Source: Selaginella moellendorffii
Lineage: Eukaryota; Plantae; Lycopodiophyta
Direction: 5' to 3'
DNA: 64,000 nucleotides
Assembly (NCBI RefSeq): GCF_000143415.4
Contig: NW_003314264.1
Coordinates: 2,303,710 to 2,367,709, forward strand
Under the pieces are notes generated by a model. It worked only from the letters and a program-made list of their open reading frames with translations. It was not told the origin of the DNA and did not search any database. The translations under genes and the position numbers were made by a program. Within the stretch, counting starts at the first letter, position 1, and each line of letters begins with the position of its first letter. Shown one piece after another: positions 41,317 to 53,893 of the stretch.

Positions 41317-43120
41317 TGTGAGACACAAAATCCCTAGGCCCCAAAGTGGAGCCGGAAGGGCGCCACGTGGTAGTGGCCGAAGCGAAAACCAAACGAGCGT
41401 AACACGTTTGGACTAAAAGCTCTGCCTTGAAAGGTCGAGAGCGGGAGTGGAACCCCTAACAAAGTGCTTGAGGAATGAGCACGAAGCGAGCCATAAGCGA
41501 GACTCCAAAAAGGGACCCAAAAAGGACTAACACATGACACGTGGAAGTGTCCGAGATGGACCTGAGTTGGAGTCCGAAGTGGAGTCCGAGAAAGACCCCG
41601 AGATGGAGTCCGAGGTGGAGTCCGAGGTGGACCCGAGATGGATCCAAGATTGAGTCTGAGACGGACCCGAGATGGAGTCTGAGATGGACCCGAAATGGAC
41701 CCGAGATGGAGTCCGAGATGGAGTCCGAGGTGGACCGAGACGGAGTCCGAGATGGACCCAAGATGGACCCGAGATGGAGTCCGAGATGGAGTCCGAGGTG
41801 GACCGAGACGGAGTCCGAGATGGAGTCCGAGATGGACCCGAAATGGAGTCCGAGATGGACCCGAGATGGAGTCCGAGATGGACCCGAGATGGACCCGAGA
41901 TGGAGTCCGAGATGGACCCGAGATGGAGTCCGAGATGGAGTCCGAGATGGAGTCCGAGATGGACCCGAGATGGAGTCCGAAGTTGAGACCGAGACCGGGA
42001 CCAAGACCGGGACCGAGACCGAGACCGAGATCGGGACCGAGACCAAGACCGAGGCCGACGCCGAGACCGAGCCCGAGTCCGAGTCCGAGTCCGAGTCCGA
42101 GTCCGAGTCCGAGTTCGAGTCTGAGAGGGTGAAAGCCCAAAGCGTTCGTCTCCCAGACCCCGGGGGGTTTGGTGAGCTCCAAAAGTATAGTAGGGGGGAG
42201 GACTGCAGTGGAGCCAGTTTGGCCAGGAAAGGCCAGTTTGGCCCAGGAAGGCCGGACCCAGTGTTGGGTGATGAGCTGCCCACTGGGAAGTCCAAGACTA
42301 GAGTGAACACGGACCGACAAGCGGGGTAGCTTGGTGAAGTGTTCAAGAGTCGGCTCTAGTTCCCCCGGGAGATCGACAAGCCGATGCTCCCAGTCCAAGT
42401 GTGGGTGGCACTACCTACTTGGATACCTATCATGGCTCAACGGAACCTCGCTCTATGCCCATGGCTAGAGCACCTAAAGGCGAAAGGCAGGGAGAGTACC
42501 CATGAGGCTTGCGTAAGGCCACGGTGTTCTGAAATGTTGTCCCAAAGTCCCAAACGGTGGAAGGGAAAAGGAGTAGGCCTCTAATGCAGTGACCAAGGAT
42601 ACGGTCACATGGTGAGGAAGTCCCAAAGGATAGTGGGACTTAGCGGTCAGGCCTGCGGGCCTTGATCCAGTGGCAGTGTTGGCGAACACGGCCATAGACT
42701 AAAAGGGACTTGGTGGGGACTGGAAAAGAGTTGTCGGGGAAGGCTATTCCCCATGTCTGCGGGCATCCTAAGGATGCTAAGGAGTAGATCGGGGATGGTC
42801 GCTCATGGACAGACGGCCCAATCTTTGAGAGACGGGATTATGATGCAGGTGGCGTTAGACCACAGGTGTGACCAAGGTGAATGGGCATGGCTTAGCGTAA
42901 CGGGCTGGTACGTCGGTGGTACCTTGGGGTGTCGGTCATGGGATCGGACACATGGAGCACTTGGACCAAGTGCAAAGGTTGAGTGGCATGGATGCCATTC
43001 TCAGGGCTGGCAAGCCCCAAGTCCTAACTGGGACTTATGGAGGTTGTGAATGAGACTCGTCCAAGTGGTCGGAGGTGCAGTTAAGTGACTAAAGTAAAAT
43101 GGAAAAATTAGTCGCTTACA
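41317..43120 (+). mobile_element. Family B solo LTR (1.8 kb) inserted in the family A gag
   Basis: TGTGAG...CTTACA with perfect 5-bp TSD ATGCC. Confidence 0.95.
41550..42122 (+). repeat. Tandem array inside the family B LTR: CCGAGATGGAGT / CCGAGATGGAC units followed by CCGAGA and CCGAGT hexamers
   Basis: Directly visible; homologous arrays at ~27540-27670, 30280-30645, 34590-34860, 36815-37350 and 61420-62125. Confidence 0.95.
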
Positions 43121-46100
43121 ATGCCCTTCACTTCGCACAATGTTATGAGACATTGCCTTTTCCACTTCTCGTTGCATGTTTTTCAATTTCACTTCTTATG
43201 GAAAATGGTCTTGTTCCAATGGAGGTTAATGTTGCTACTACTCGAGTTCAATGACAAGGGCGAGGACGTGGTCGTGGCTGTGATGTTTATTATTGGGCAT
43301 GTGATGACACTTATTGGCGTTGTCGGCGTTTTCTAGATTAATGGCTTCCATTTCCTAAGTGGAGATATTCGTGTTGCTACAGTGGAAGGTTTGAAAATTG
43401 AGATACACCTAAGAAACAAGGAGTCACATGAGTAATGGAGGGACCTTGCATGACTAAATCAGTGACCCATCCATCTTTCTTTTGTGAGTATCATCAAGGG
43501 GTTCACTTAGCACTAGTTCATCTAGTGTTTATTTTCCAAGCTCATTTTTATAACAAGAAGTCTTTTATTATTCTCTCCATGTTGGTTGATATAGGTTCGA
43601 TTTATAACAAGAAGTCTCCTATTATTCTCTCCATGTTAGTTGATATAAGTTTGAATTTATTTTCTATTGCTCGACCTATTGCCATATGTTGCCGTTTACA
43701 TTTGTATCATGCAGCAGAGCCAATTTTCATTCTTTATAGTAATGGCTGTACATATGCATATGCGCAGGATGAGGTGGACCTAGTTGTGCGTGTGGGAGAT
43801 TTTGAGCTTAGGTTGTAGTCATTATGGGTGGTACCGAATCAAGCTTTTGACCTCATCCTTGGTATAGATTGGTTAGAGCACAATCATGTCAAGGGTATAC
43901 TTATTTATATTTCATTCATTCTTCTTACTTTTGTACCTTTTTATTCCTCTATTTCTATTACTTTTGTCTCCCCATTACTTCCTCCTATGTTTCTATCTTA
44001 TTCTGCTCTTCCTTTTTCCAATTCCTTTGACAATTTTTGTGTTGCAACGGTTGATTGATTCATGAAGGAGTATGCCGATCTCTTTCAATTTGACCTATTG
44101 TCTGGGGCTAAGATTGCCACATGTCATCTAATTTCAACTGGGGATGCTCATTCAATTAAGGTTCCTATTCGCCATCGGTCACCCAAAGAGATCAAGATTT
44201 TACCTATAAACATCAAGGAGATATTGGAAAAGGGTGTTATTCGAAAGTTGTGGAGTCCTTAGGCATGTGAACCTCATCTTTTGATGAAACTTGATAGGAG
44301 TATTTTTTTCTGCATTGACTATCATTTGTTAAACGAAGTGACAATTTTGGATGTGTACCCTCTTCTTCACATTACTGATCTCTTGAATTGCTTAGGGAAA
44401 AGTTGTTGGTTCACCAAGTTAGATCTTGGTTCTGGGTAGTGACAAGTACCGATAGTTGAAAAAGATATTTTTAATATTGATTTTCATACACCATTTGGTT
44501 TGTATGAGTTCTTGGTGATATTGTTTGGTTTAAATAATGCTTCAATGACTTTCTAATAGATGATGGATAAAATTCTTTGCGATATGCTAAAGGTGACTAT
44601 TGACTTCATTGATGATGTTTTGATCCACTTAGAGGGGATGTGGAAGAAACATATCCATGATGTTCGTAAAGTGTTGGATCAATTATAGGAAGTTGGTTTA
44701 AAGTTAAAATAGTTGAAATGCGTGTTTGGGTCCAAAGACACGACTTATCTTGGGTACCATATTTCTTGTGAGGGTTTGCAAGTTGATTCTAATAAACTTG
44801 TGGCTATTATAAAGTTCCCTACTATAAATTATGTGAATGATATGTAGCGCTTTCTGGGCAAAGTGCAGTATCTCGATTGTTTTGTAGATCATTTTTTTGA
44901 TCGCACTACACTATTGCGAGCTTTGCTGAAGTCATCAATGAGATCTTTCATATAGTTTGCAAGCTGTGAGCAAGTGTTCACGAATCTCAAAAAGCTATTG
45001 ATGACTCCTCCGGTTTTAGCATATTCTAACTTCACTTAACTTTTCATTTTGTGTGTGGATGCTTATGATATTGGTCTTGGAAGTGTGTTGATGCAAGAGA
45101 GCTTGAAATTGTTTGGTCAGCACCATCCCATTACATATTTAAGGTGTACATTACAACTAGCAGAGACAAACTATTCCACAATAGAGAAAGAGTATTTAGC
45201 AGCAATCTAGGGTTTTGAGAAACTTCATGCATATCTACATGGTTCTTAAATGTTACTAAAGGGTGATCATGCTACCGTTACTTCATTATTGAAGTGGAAT
45301 AACCTAGTTGGTTGTATTGCTCAATGGGTTTTGAAACTTTATTTATATGATTTTGATATTGTCCATCACTCGAGTAATTCTATAGTTAATATTGATGCCC
45401 TTTCTTGAGCTCCTCTTCCTTCTTCACTTTCTTCTCATACTTCTAATGAGCTTATTGTTCCAGCATCTATAGATTTTTTAGATGAGGATTCTGTGCCATT
45501 AACGGTTGTTGTACTTGACGTTTAGTGTCTACAAGGTGTAAAGAAATATTTACCTTCTCTTGATGAAGTTTGCGAAGCTTAAAACATTGAGTTACGGATT
45601 CAAAGGCTTTGAGATAGGTTTGAGGATCTTACATCATTTGCTGATGATTTGCCATTTCAGCATTTACATTCTCAGTATCACTTTGAAGACGGCTTTCTTT
45701 ATTTTATGGGGATAGCTCCTGATGATCATTTACGGTTAGTGGTGCCTTCAATCTTTATTCCACAGTTTTTCCATATCTACCATGATTCATCTGTTCTAAA
45801 TAGGCATATAAGATATTGTTGTATGACCGAGAAACTATACAAGTCTTACTATTGACCAGAGATGTGATGTAATATTACCTAGTATATATGTAGTTGCATT
45901 TGGTGCAAAACTTATAATAATCCCCCTTGTGTTGCGAAAAGATAGTTGGAGTCAATTGCAATTTCTTTTTATTTGAGTTAGTGGTGTTTGATCTTATAGG
46001 ATCTTTTCTAAGGTCGACTATTGGTAATGAGTATATTATTATTACTTCTGACTACTTAACTTGCTAGGTAGAAGTTTTTGCTAGCACCTATATAAATGTT

Positions 46101-48514
46101 GTTGGATACTTTCTCCTCAATTGAGTAGTGTTCTAGCATTTTTGTTCAGAGAAGATTCTTTTGGATAATGGTTTTGCATTTATGATTGAGGCATTTCATG
46201 TTTTGACATCTCAATTGGGGATACACCACACTTTCACAAATGCTTATCATCCACAGTTAAACAGTTTGGTGGAATGACTCATTCAAACATTCAAAAGGAT
46301 GATCATGAAGTATCTGAACTTTGCATTCTGATTGGGATGGCTATTTGCCATCTTTTTGCTATGCATATATCACAAGGTGCAAAGTTCTATTAGTGCTTCA
46401 CTATATAAACTCTTATATGGTCATGATCCAATATTACCAATAGAGTTGGGTTTACTTTTGTGATTGCCACGAGCTGCAAATGCTAGGTTATAGGATCAAT
46501 ATTTGACAAGCATTCTTCCACTTGTCTGAGCAAAATTTGCCGAACACTTAGCCATATACAAGTGGGACAACAATGGTGTTATAACTTTTGTCATCGTCCA
46601 TTTATAGAGTACAAAGTGGATGACTTGGTGTTAGTCTATTTTCCCCATTTTACGGTACGTAGTTTATCTAAAGGGTTCCTTACTTAGTGGAAAGGACCAT
46701 ATCGGGTGTTGCAACAAGTTGAATTGTAAGTTTATGAGGTTCAGTATAAAGTCCAGCAAACTAATCCTCCAGAAATTGTGCATATTCAATGGTTGAAACA
46801 TTTCGTATAAAGGGATCAAGAACAACTAATACCACCTATAGATCCACTAATACCTCTTCCTGATGTTCTTTCAAATCCCGTCCCATCTATAAGAGAACCT
46901 TGATGATCTTCTATTACTCCAAGAGGAGGGGATAATGTGAAGTCCAAGTGTACACTTAAGATGCCATATATTAATATTAGCATAGTGAGATTTTGGTAGT
47001 CGTTAGATTGATTTTAATTAGTGAAATTTTGTAGCCGTCGGATTGATTTAAATTTAGACCACTCGCTCCTATATATAAGTTAAGGTTTTTAGGCTAATTG
47101 ATATGCACATTTTCTGTATTCCCTTTCCATATTCCATACACCCACAAAGATAATTTTATTATATATAAAAACTTATATAGTAGAATAAACTAGAATATAC
47201 TAGAAAGTGTTTAGAACAGTTTATAAATTATAAATAATAAATTATTCTAAATGCATTACATAATAGAATATAATAGAATATCCAAGAATAATCTAAGTAT
47301 ATTCATTACCTTACAGGTTTGCTTAAGCATACCAAAAATACAAAAAATTTAAAATAGCTAACACTGATTTTGAATGTTTTATAGTTAGATATTACAGATA
47401 AATATACTTTTTATAGATTTTAATAAACATCTCAGCCAGATAAAAAATATCAATGATCCTTTTTATGGCATAGAAATCTTTAAGAAGCTTGTAAGTTTCT
47501 TTGTTATTTTGTGTCTCTTCCTATAATTGATCACAATTGTATGGATGAAAAACTAAAGGTGAATAAATAATAATAATAATCTTCTGCTCATTGTATATAA
47601 AAAAATTTGGTTTGCTTAATAGTATTGTCATTCATACTTAGTATTGTTGAATAATCCAATTTATCAATAATTATAAACATGTTTATAAATTATAAATACA
47701 AGTTTAATCTAAATGAATAGATAATAGAATTTCCTAGAATATTCAAGCATATTTTAGGTATATCCACTACCAAAGATATTTTAAATCCCTTTATGCCATA
47801 GAAAAGAATAATAAACAATAATAAACCAACCTTTGTAAATGAAGTTCTTTCTTGTGACTGCATTCGTTTTCAAAATCCAAGAGATGGCACCACACGAGAA
47901 TGACAGCTCCAGCAATGGCTCCTGGGCTGGAGCCCTGGTATATATTACGGTTTTTTGAGTGATAAAGTGATTAGTAGAAGAGCATCAAAGAACAATTCCA
48001 CAGTGCATAGTTTGTTTTTGGTAAAGGGTCTCCATGACCATGCTATCAGGATCATGTGTGGACGTACTTGTTTGGTTTTCGTCCCACTTCCTGAGAGAAG
48101 CTTGTTGGCAGCTTTTGAGTTTGACAAGAGGGTAAGTCTCGTTTAGTTAGCGCAGAATATTCGTGGCTTAGCTGGCGCCGTCGTCAATCGCTCAAGCTTT
48201 AGCTGCGATGGCGCCCGGGGAGTGGCATTGCCCCAATCGGCCGACGACGCAATTGTAGCATTGCCGCCATGGTTGGAGCTGTGCCGCCACTGGATCCTTC
48301 GCGTCGACTGGCGCCGTGGTTCCCCCGGTAGGGTAATTGGATGCTGTGGAACGGATCAGGGCGCGGGGTCGGCGAATTCCGCCTGGCCAAGGCCAGCATT
48401 GTTGGCATGAGCCGCTAGGTAGGTAGCGAGGGCGTAGGGATTTAAGTAATCTTTGTGGATCTGTCCGCGGCACTCTAGGGATTTCTCATCCAGATCTACA
48501 CGGAAGAACAAGGA

Positions 48515-49204
48515 ATGGCGCAGCAATCTGGGCCGTCGTCGTCGAGAGTGAAGCTCATGATTTTTTTGCTTGCTCTGGCCCTGGGTATGTACATTGTTGG
48601 CCCGCCATTGTATTGGCAGCTCCAGGAAGGCGCTGCTTCCAGCATCCAGGTGGAGTGCCCGGTTTGTAGCTGCGATTGCTTGACTAGCAACTTGGTGACT
48701 GCTGCCGTGTCAAGTAAGTTTCTCCATTTTTCTTCTTTTATTCTCTTTAACGTTGGGACTGTTTGGTTTTTTCTACAGACTTGGGGAACCTCTCGCTCCT
48801 CGGTGAGTCTACTCGTTCTTCCTTTCTTGTGTACTCAAGTTGTGTGGGTGGCAGATTGCAGCAGAGACGATCCGGAGATGAGAGAAGAACTGGACAAGAA
48901 CCGCCTCGAGCTGCTTAACGAGGACCTCAAACTCCAGGAGATGGTGGCCGAGGATGATCGGCGGCGAGCGGAGATGGCCCTGGTCGATGCGAAGAAGCTC
49001 TCGTCTCAGTACCAAAAGGAGGCCGAGAAGTGCAATATAGGCATGGAAACAAGCGAGGAAGCCAGGGAGAAGGCCGAGGCAGCACTCGGAGAAATGAGAA
49101 AAGTAGCTGCCCTGTGGGAGGAAAGAGCGCGGCGACTGGGATGGAAGGACAGCGGCGATGGCGAAGCGAATCCCATGAGACGGCGAGCGCTCAAGTTTCG
49201 ATAG
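48515..49204 (+). CDS. DUF1068 family membrane-anchored coiled-coil protein
   Basis: YIVGPPLYW, CPVCSCDC, DCSRDDPEMREE, AKKLSSQYQKEAEKCNIGMETSEEAREKAE, LWEERARRLGW; exons 48515-48713, 48779-48802 and 48855-49204. Confidence 0.92.
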   Translation: MAQQSGPSSSRVKLMIFLLALALGMYIVGPPLYWQLQEGAASSIQVECPVCSCDCLTSNLVTAAVSSKFLHFSSFILFNVGTVWFFLQTWGTSRSSVSLLVLPFLCTQVVWVADCSRDDPEMREELDKNRLELLNEDLKLQEMVAEDDRRRAEMALVDAKKLSSQYQKEAEKCNIGMETSEEAREKAEAALGEMRKVAALWEERARRLGWKDSGDGEANPMRRRALKFR

Positions 49205-49464
49205 AGGTACTAGAATGCTCTTCACAACTTTTTGAGTCATGTTTCTTCTTTCCAGAACGTTTTTGGTTTCATCCAGTAATCGGCTGGCATTTTTCTCTCA
49301 CAAAGAGATTTTTCCGAGAGCTTGCGACGAAAGATGGACCCCAATCAATCGCGTCCTAATAATCCCAGAGCGTTCGGCACAATCTCTGTATCCAACTTTG
49401 GCTAATGGTTTTGGAAGCCTTGCGGTTTTCCAGCTGCTTTGGTACTGATGGAATTCTGGATGTC

Positions 49465-50833
49465 TCAGGCGCTCAGAAACTCCTCCAGGTCGTCGCCGAA
49501 TTGCATCAGGTCGAAGTTGAAGTCTTCAAAGGTGTCTTCGTTCATTGCGGTTTCCTGCAAGCCACGGGGTGTTTAAAAATGATTTCTTCTTTCATCTTAC
49601 CTGTGCTTGTCGTAGATATTCCGCTCTGAATTCCTCCCGAGCAATGGAAATGTTGTTGATTTCATTGCTTAAATCTGCCTGATTCTGCTGTTCCTGACCA
49701 TTCACTCCTGCGGCAAGAAACATAGAATGTGAGTTTTTTTTTTTTTTCATTCTTGAGCAAGCAAATTTCTTACTCTCAAAGATTCTCTGTTTGGCTTGTT
49801 CATATTCTTGAAAAGTAGAGTTCGTCGTCTCGTCAATCCCAACATCGGATGCCTGGAAAAAGAATATTAGGAAGGAAATCTACTTCTTTTGCTTACCAGG
49901 TTTCCAAAGATATGTTCCTTTGTGGGAACAGACGAAAGCAACCTGAAAGATGAGAAAGTTATTGACGACAAATACCATCAAACAAAGATCTCAGCGTACC
50001 TGGATCGTGCCAGCTGCAAACGCTCATTAATCCGGTTGATACGACGCTCGGTAGCTTCTTTCACAGTTTTGAGAGTAACACAGGTATGGCCATAGAGAAA
50101 CGCTTTGTGCCTGACCATGTAGCGAATTACGTGCAGTGGAACGGGATCCGGTCCCTCCCTCACGATTTGAGCGAGAGATAAGAGCCATTGCAAATTTTCT
50201 GCAAGAGAAGCAAAACTTCAGTGTTATGACGAAGAACATAAAAGAAAATAAAAGGGATACTACTACGACTACGTACCTAGAGACAACTTTAAACATCAGG
50301 AGGAATTCCTGGAACCATGTAAAACTAAACTCATTAGAAAGGAGGAGAAGATAGAGAAGAGAAGGAAAAAAAAAAAAAAACAAAGAAAGGAGTTGCGACA
50401 ATGCTCCATCTAGAAAAAAAAATGGAAGAGCTAACGTACCGAGAGACAAGTAGACTTTAACTCTGGGAGAGTATTCCTGCGTTTCATAGAGAATGTAGAC
50501 CGCGTAGAGGGCTCCCAGTCTCCAAGAGAAAGGCTCCTCTGGAGAAAGATGAACTAAACGAACGAAATAGATTGAGGGATCAGAGAGGAAGAAGCAAAAC
50601 GAAAGAAAATTTGGCGTACCACAGGCAGAGGTGTAGAGAATTTGCATGAACCGCGAGGGCTCCAATTTGGCGCGACGGGCCTGGTGGATGAAGGAGAAGC
50701 CGCGGCATCGCCATACCTCCTTCATCTGCGCCAGCTGCGTGCACCCAAGGATCGCAAACGCCTCGATCAGCTCGTCCACATCGCGCGATAGCGCAGTGTA
50801 TTCCGCCGCTGACACTGCGCCAAGCACTTCCAT
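49465..50833 (-). CDS. SNAPC1: snRNA-activating protein complex subunit SNAP43/SNAPC1-like, multi-exon
   Basis: DVDELIEAF..MKEVW..FSFIH..FMQILY, RLGALYAVYILYETQ..KVYLSL, MVRHKAFLYG; acidic C-terminus FGDDLEEFLSA*. Confidence 0.8.
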
Positions 50834-51099
50834 TCAGCCTGTAAAGTTTAGGGCACGGATTAGGGCTGATGGTCCTAGCAAAAAGCGAGACGATTCTGAA
50901 TTACTACGTCGAGCCTGACGTTTCAAGTACTGTGAGGCAGAGCGGGGAAACAACGAGCGCCCCTTACATGCTCCTAAATCCAAACAGCGCTGGGATATGC
51001 TCTGGGGCGGAGTGGGGGTTCGAACAGAAACATGACCCAAATGTGTGAAGACCTCTATCGAAACTTTGTTGTTCATTCGCTGAGTCTCGGAGCAAACGG

Positions 51100-52046
51100 A
51101 TCCCTGGAAACCCGTCCTCTTGAGATAGAGAATATCGCTTTAGATCTTTGTGAGCTTCACATTGAGGGGCTGGTAGATGATGGCATTGGTCATGGCCTGG
51201 ACTTCATCTCATCGTGGAAGAGATGTATGAGCAGATGTTGTGGACGGGCCTTGTGAAGTCGTATCAGCATCTGTAGCGTTGGCTGGAGGCACTGCATTTC
51301 ATCCACAATCTAGAGAAATGCTAAGCTCAAGATCCGGTGTGGAAGCTTGGGCTCGCAGCATTGCTCTTGCTTGGGACACTCATTGGAATGATGCAGCATG
51401 TCATTAGTGTTGGCATTGAGAGCTGGAACTGGTGGCACCACTGCTGGAGGAGATGCTGGACAAGCTTGTGTTGGGGGAGACGTTTGAGGATGCTCCTACT
51501 GCGTTGTGCTCCTCTGGCACCGGCAACTTGAGGTATAGAGTTCATTTCTTGGCACTTGTCTTAGTCTTGGCATCATCCAGTAGGGTACTTATGGGCTCAA
51601 GATCTCATTCTTGAGTATTCTCTTGAGTCTCCTCACCTTCAGCTTCATTACCTTTGTCCTTGGTGGTTCCTTTAGGAGTTTTCCTGCCCTTGCGCATTGG
51701 AGTTGGCTTGGCCTTGCACGAGGGTGGTGTTGTCTTAGCTGTTGCTCTTCATCTCTTCACTGGTGGAGTTGGTGCTGGTGGTGACTCTTCTTTTTCTTCT
51801 TCTTCTTTCTTGCTTTCTTCATTGTCTCCTTCCTCTTCATCATCATTGCAAAAGAGGATCATATATTCTTGTCTTTTTGAAGTGCATTCTCTTTTCTTTT
51901 GTGTTCAGGGCATCCTAGTGTTGGTGGTGTTGCTTGGCCTTTTGTGGTTGTCACTTGTTGCTATTTCTTTGATTTGGAAGGATGTTTATGTCAAGCTTTG
52001 GGATAAGTACCATGATAAAGAAATATGAATGTCTTGCATTCAAAAC
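51100..52046 (-). other. Degenerate ORF remnant (acidic/Lys/Pro-rich) of an unidentified repeat; probably continues at 59650-60420 and 62357-62640
   Basis: Coding-like minus-strand composition with stops; it is the target of the family C insertion and probably of the solo B insertion. Confidence 0.3.
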
Positions 52047-53893
52047 TGTAGCACATATGGTTTTTACCCTTTATCCTATGGTGATTTACCATAGGATAAT
52101 ATCACAAAGCGGAACTTAAACCCTTTATGTGCCACATATTATATACCACATGTCCATAGGATAGTGGTGTGGAACCCGAGGTTTAGAGCCTTGGGCCACT
52201 AAATGAAGGAATGGTGCCAAACTCTTAAATATTGAGCCAATGAGTGATGGAACCAAACCATGGAGCAACTCTTAAGCATACAGCCCAAAGAGCAAAGGGA
52301 CAGGAGCCCGGAGTGACTTGGAATAGTCCTAGAGCAATCAGCATCCCATTACTAGGACCAACACGCAAAACGGAGCCAAACGAAGTCTAATGCTATTTTG
52401 GCACACCAGTGGCTTAATGCAAGGACATGGGTATTCCACTAGCTAGCATGGAATGGAACTTGAGCTTAAACCCAAGCCAGACACAAAACAAGGACAGACA
52501 TGCAACTGGGAGCTAGACTATACCTCAGGTTAATCAACCATACCCGACCTACCCACTATCCCTACTATACATTTGGAACCCCTGCAGCCCCCCCCCCCCC
52601 CTGAGGAACACACGCTTTGGGCTTTCACCCCAAGCCTCCCTTAATATCAAGAGTTGGTTTCTGAGACAAGCTCAAAACTTATTAAATATGGAATGGCACT
52701 AAATTGTGAATTTGGGCATGGGATGAACACCATTGTGTTCAAGACAATCTCTACATTCTGTAGATGTGCCAAATGAGCAAATTTAGACACTTTCCATAAA
52801 TAGCATTTGGGATCAGAATGAGACTAACATAAAGGGCATGATAGCAAGGGTGTTTGGTAGATATGGTAAATTATCATCTAGTGTTATTGAGGGATTAGTT
52901 TTAATACGCGAGGGTTCTTGTCAAGCTAGTGCAAGATAGAACAAAAGAGAACTAAAAAGCCAGGCCAAGTATGCTTGGCAAAATAGACACTTAGGAATTC
53001 TGTCCTTATACTCATCTAGCCAAGTACAGATGCAAAGTCCAGTTTACTAACATTTGAACAAAAAGGACTGATAAAGGGTTTAGCAATACCGACCTCCTGC
53101 CGTCATGACAGTAAGGAAACAGTGTCCATAAGGACTGGTCGACAAGTAACTTTCGATACCTAAAGTCACATTTGCGACACTCTCCCCCCTAGGGAAGATC
53201 GACATCCTTGTTGATGCATACTTGAGTCTAGACCACCGCCAAAAAATAACTCCAAAAAAAGTTCACGATGATCACACTATGTGAGAAATGCACCAACTTA
53301 AATGAGTTAGGAGGCAACCTCTTTGTCTAACACGGATACACTACCAGCTCAAACACCTTCCGACTATTGCTGAAAAAGAAATGACCAACAAAGTTAGCCA
53401 CCCTTGCTACTATGGGAGTCACCCAGCTTACAAAAGTGTAATACGCCCCTGCCCACAGGGACATAGAGAGAGAAGCCAAAGGCCTTAACCCTCATGAGCA
53501 AAGAAACCAAACCCATTGGTAAAGTTTAGATAAACTACTGTACATAGGTAGTTAAAGTTGTTTACATGGTCACGCCCTTTTAACGGAATAAAGAACATCG
53601 ACAAAGAGGCGGGTTATGTGACCAGTCAACAGTAGTTACCCATGACTAAAGATTTCACCATGCACACGAAGTGTTAAAGTCAGTCTATTTATACTGGCCC
53701 AAAGTCAAAGATCAATAGATGGATAATATCAAAGTCAAAGACAATAATATCTTAAAGTTTTAAATATCAGTGATTAAATCTTAGATTAGAACACAAAAGT
53801 ATTCCAAGTAAGTTATCATCCGATAAACCAATAGTAGAGCATAGAAACCACCAAAATCATCATAATTGGTAAACATAGGAACCACCATCGAAT

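Larger units (their letters stand above)
40345..47146 (+). mobile_element. Decayed Ty3/gypsy family A element (gag-PR-RT-RH-INT)
   Basis: 5' LTR ~40345-40508, PBS-like TAGTAGAGATGAGGGG; PR LVDIGS..FDLILGIDWL; RT CIDY..LNEVT, FTKLDLGSG, FIDDVLI; RH LCVDAYDIGLGSVL, NYSTIEKE; INT AYHPQ, KGPYRV; PPT AAGAGGAGGGGATAA; 3' LTR 46936-47146; many stops; no chromodomain seen. Confidence 0.9.

Noticed and set aside
41550-42122. CRISPR-like appearance of the repeat arrays
   Set aside because: No unique spacers, units of 6-12 bp, eukaryotic LTR context, no cas genes
41334-42398. Long ORFs rich in SDSISGP, RWSPRW or LGLHLG (also at 30.0-30.7, 34.4-35.0, 36.5-37.4 and 61.3-62.3 kb)
   Set aside because: Translations of the LTR tandem array, open in many frames on both strands; not proteins
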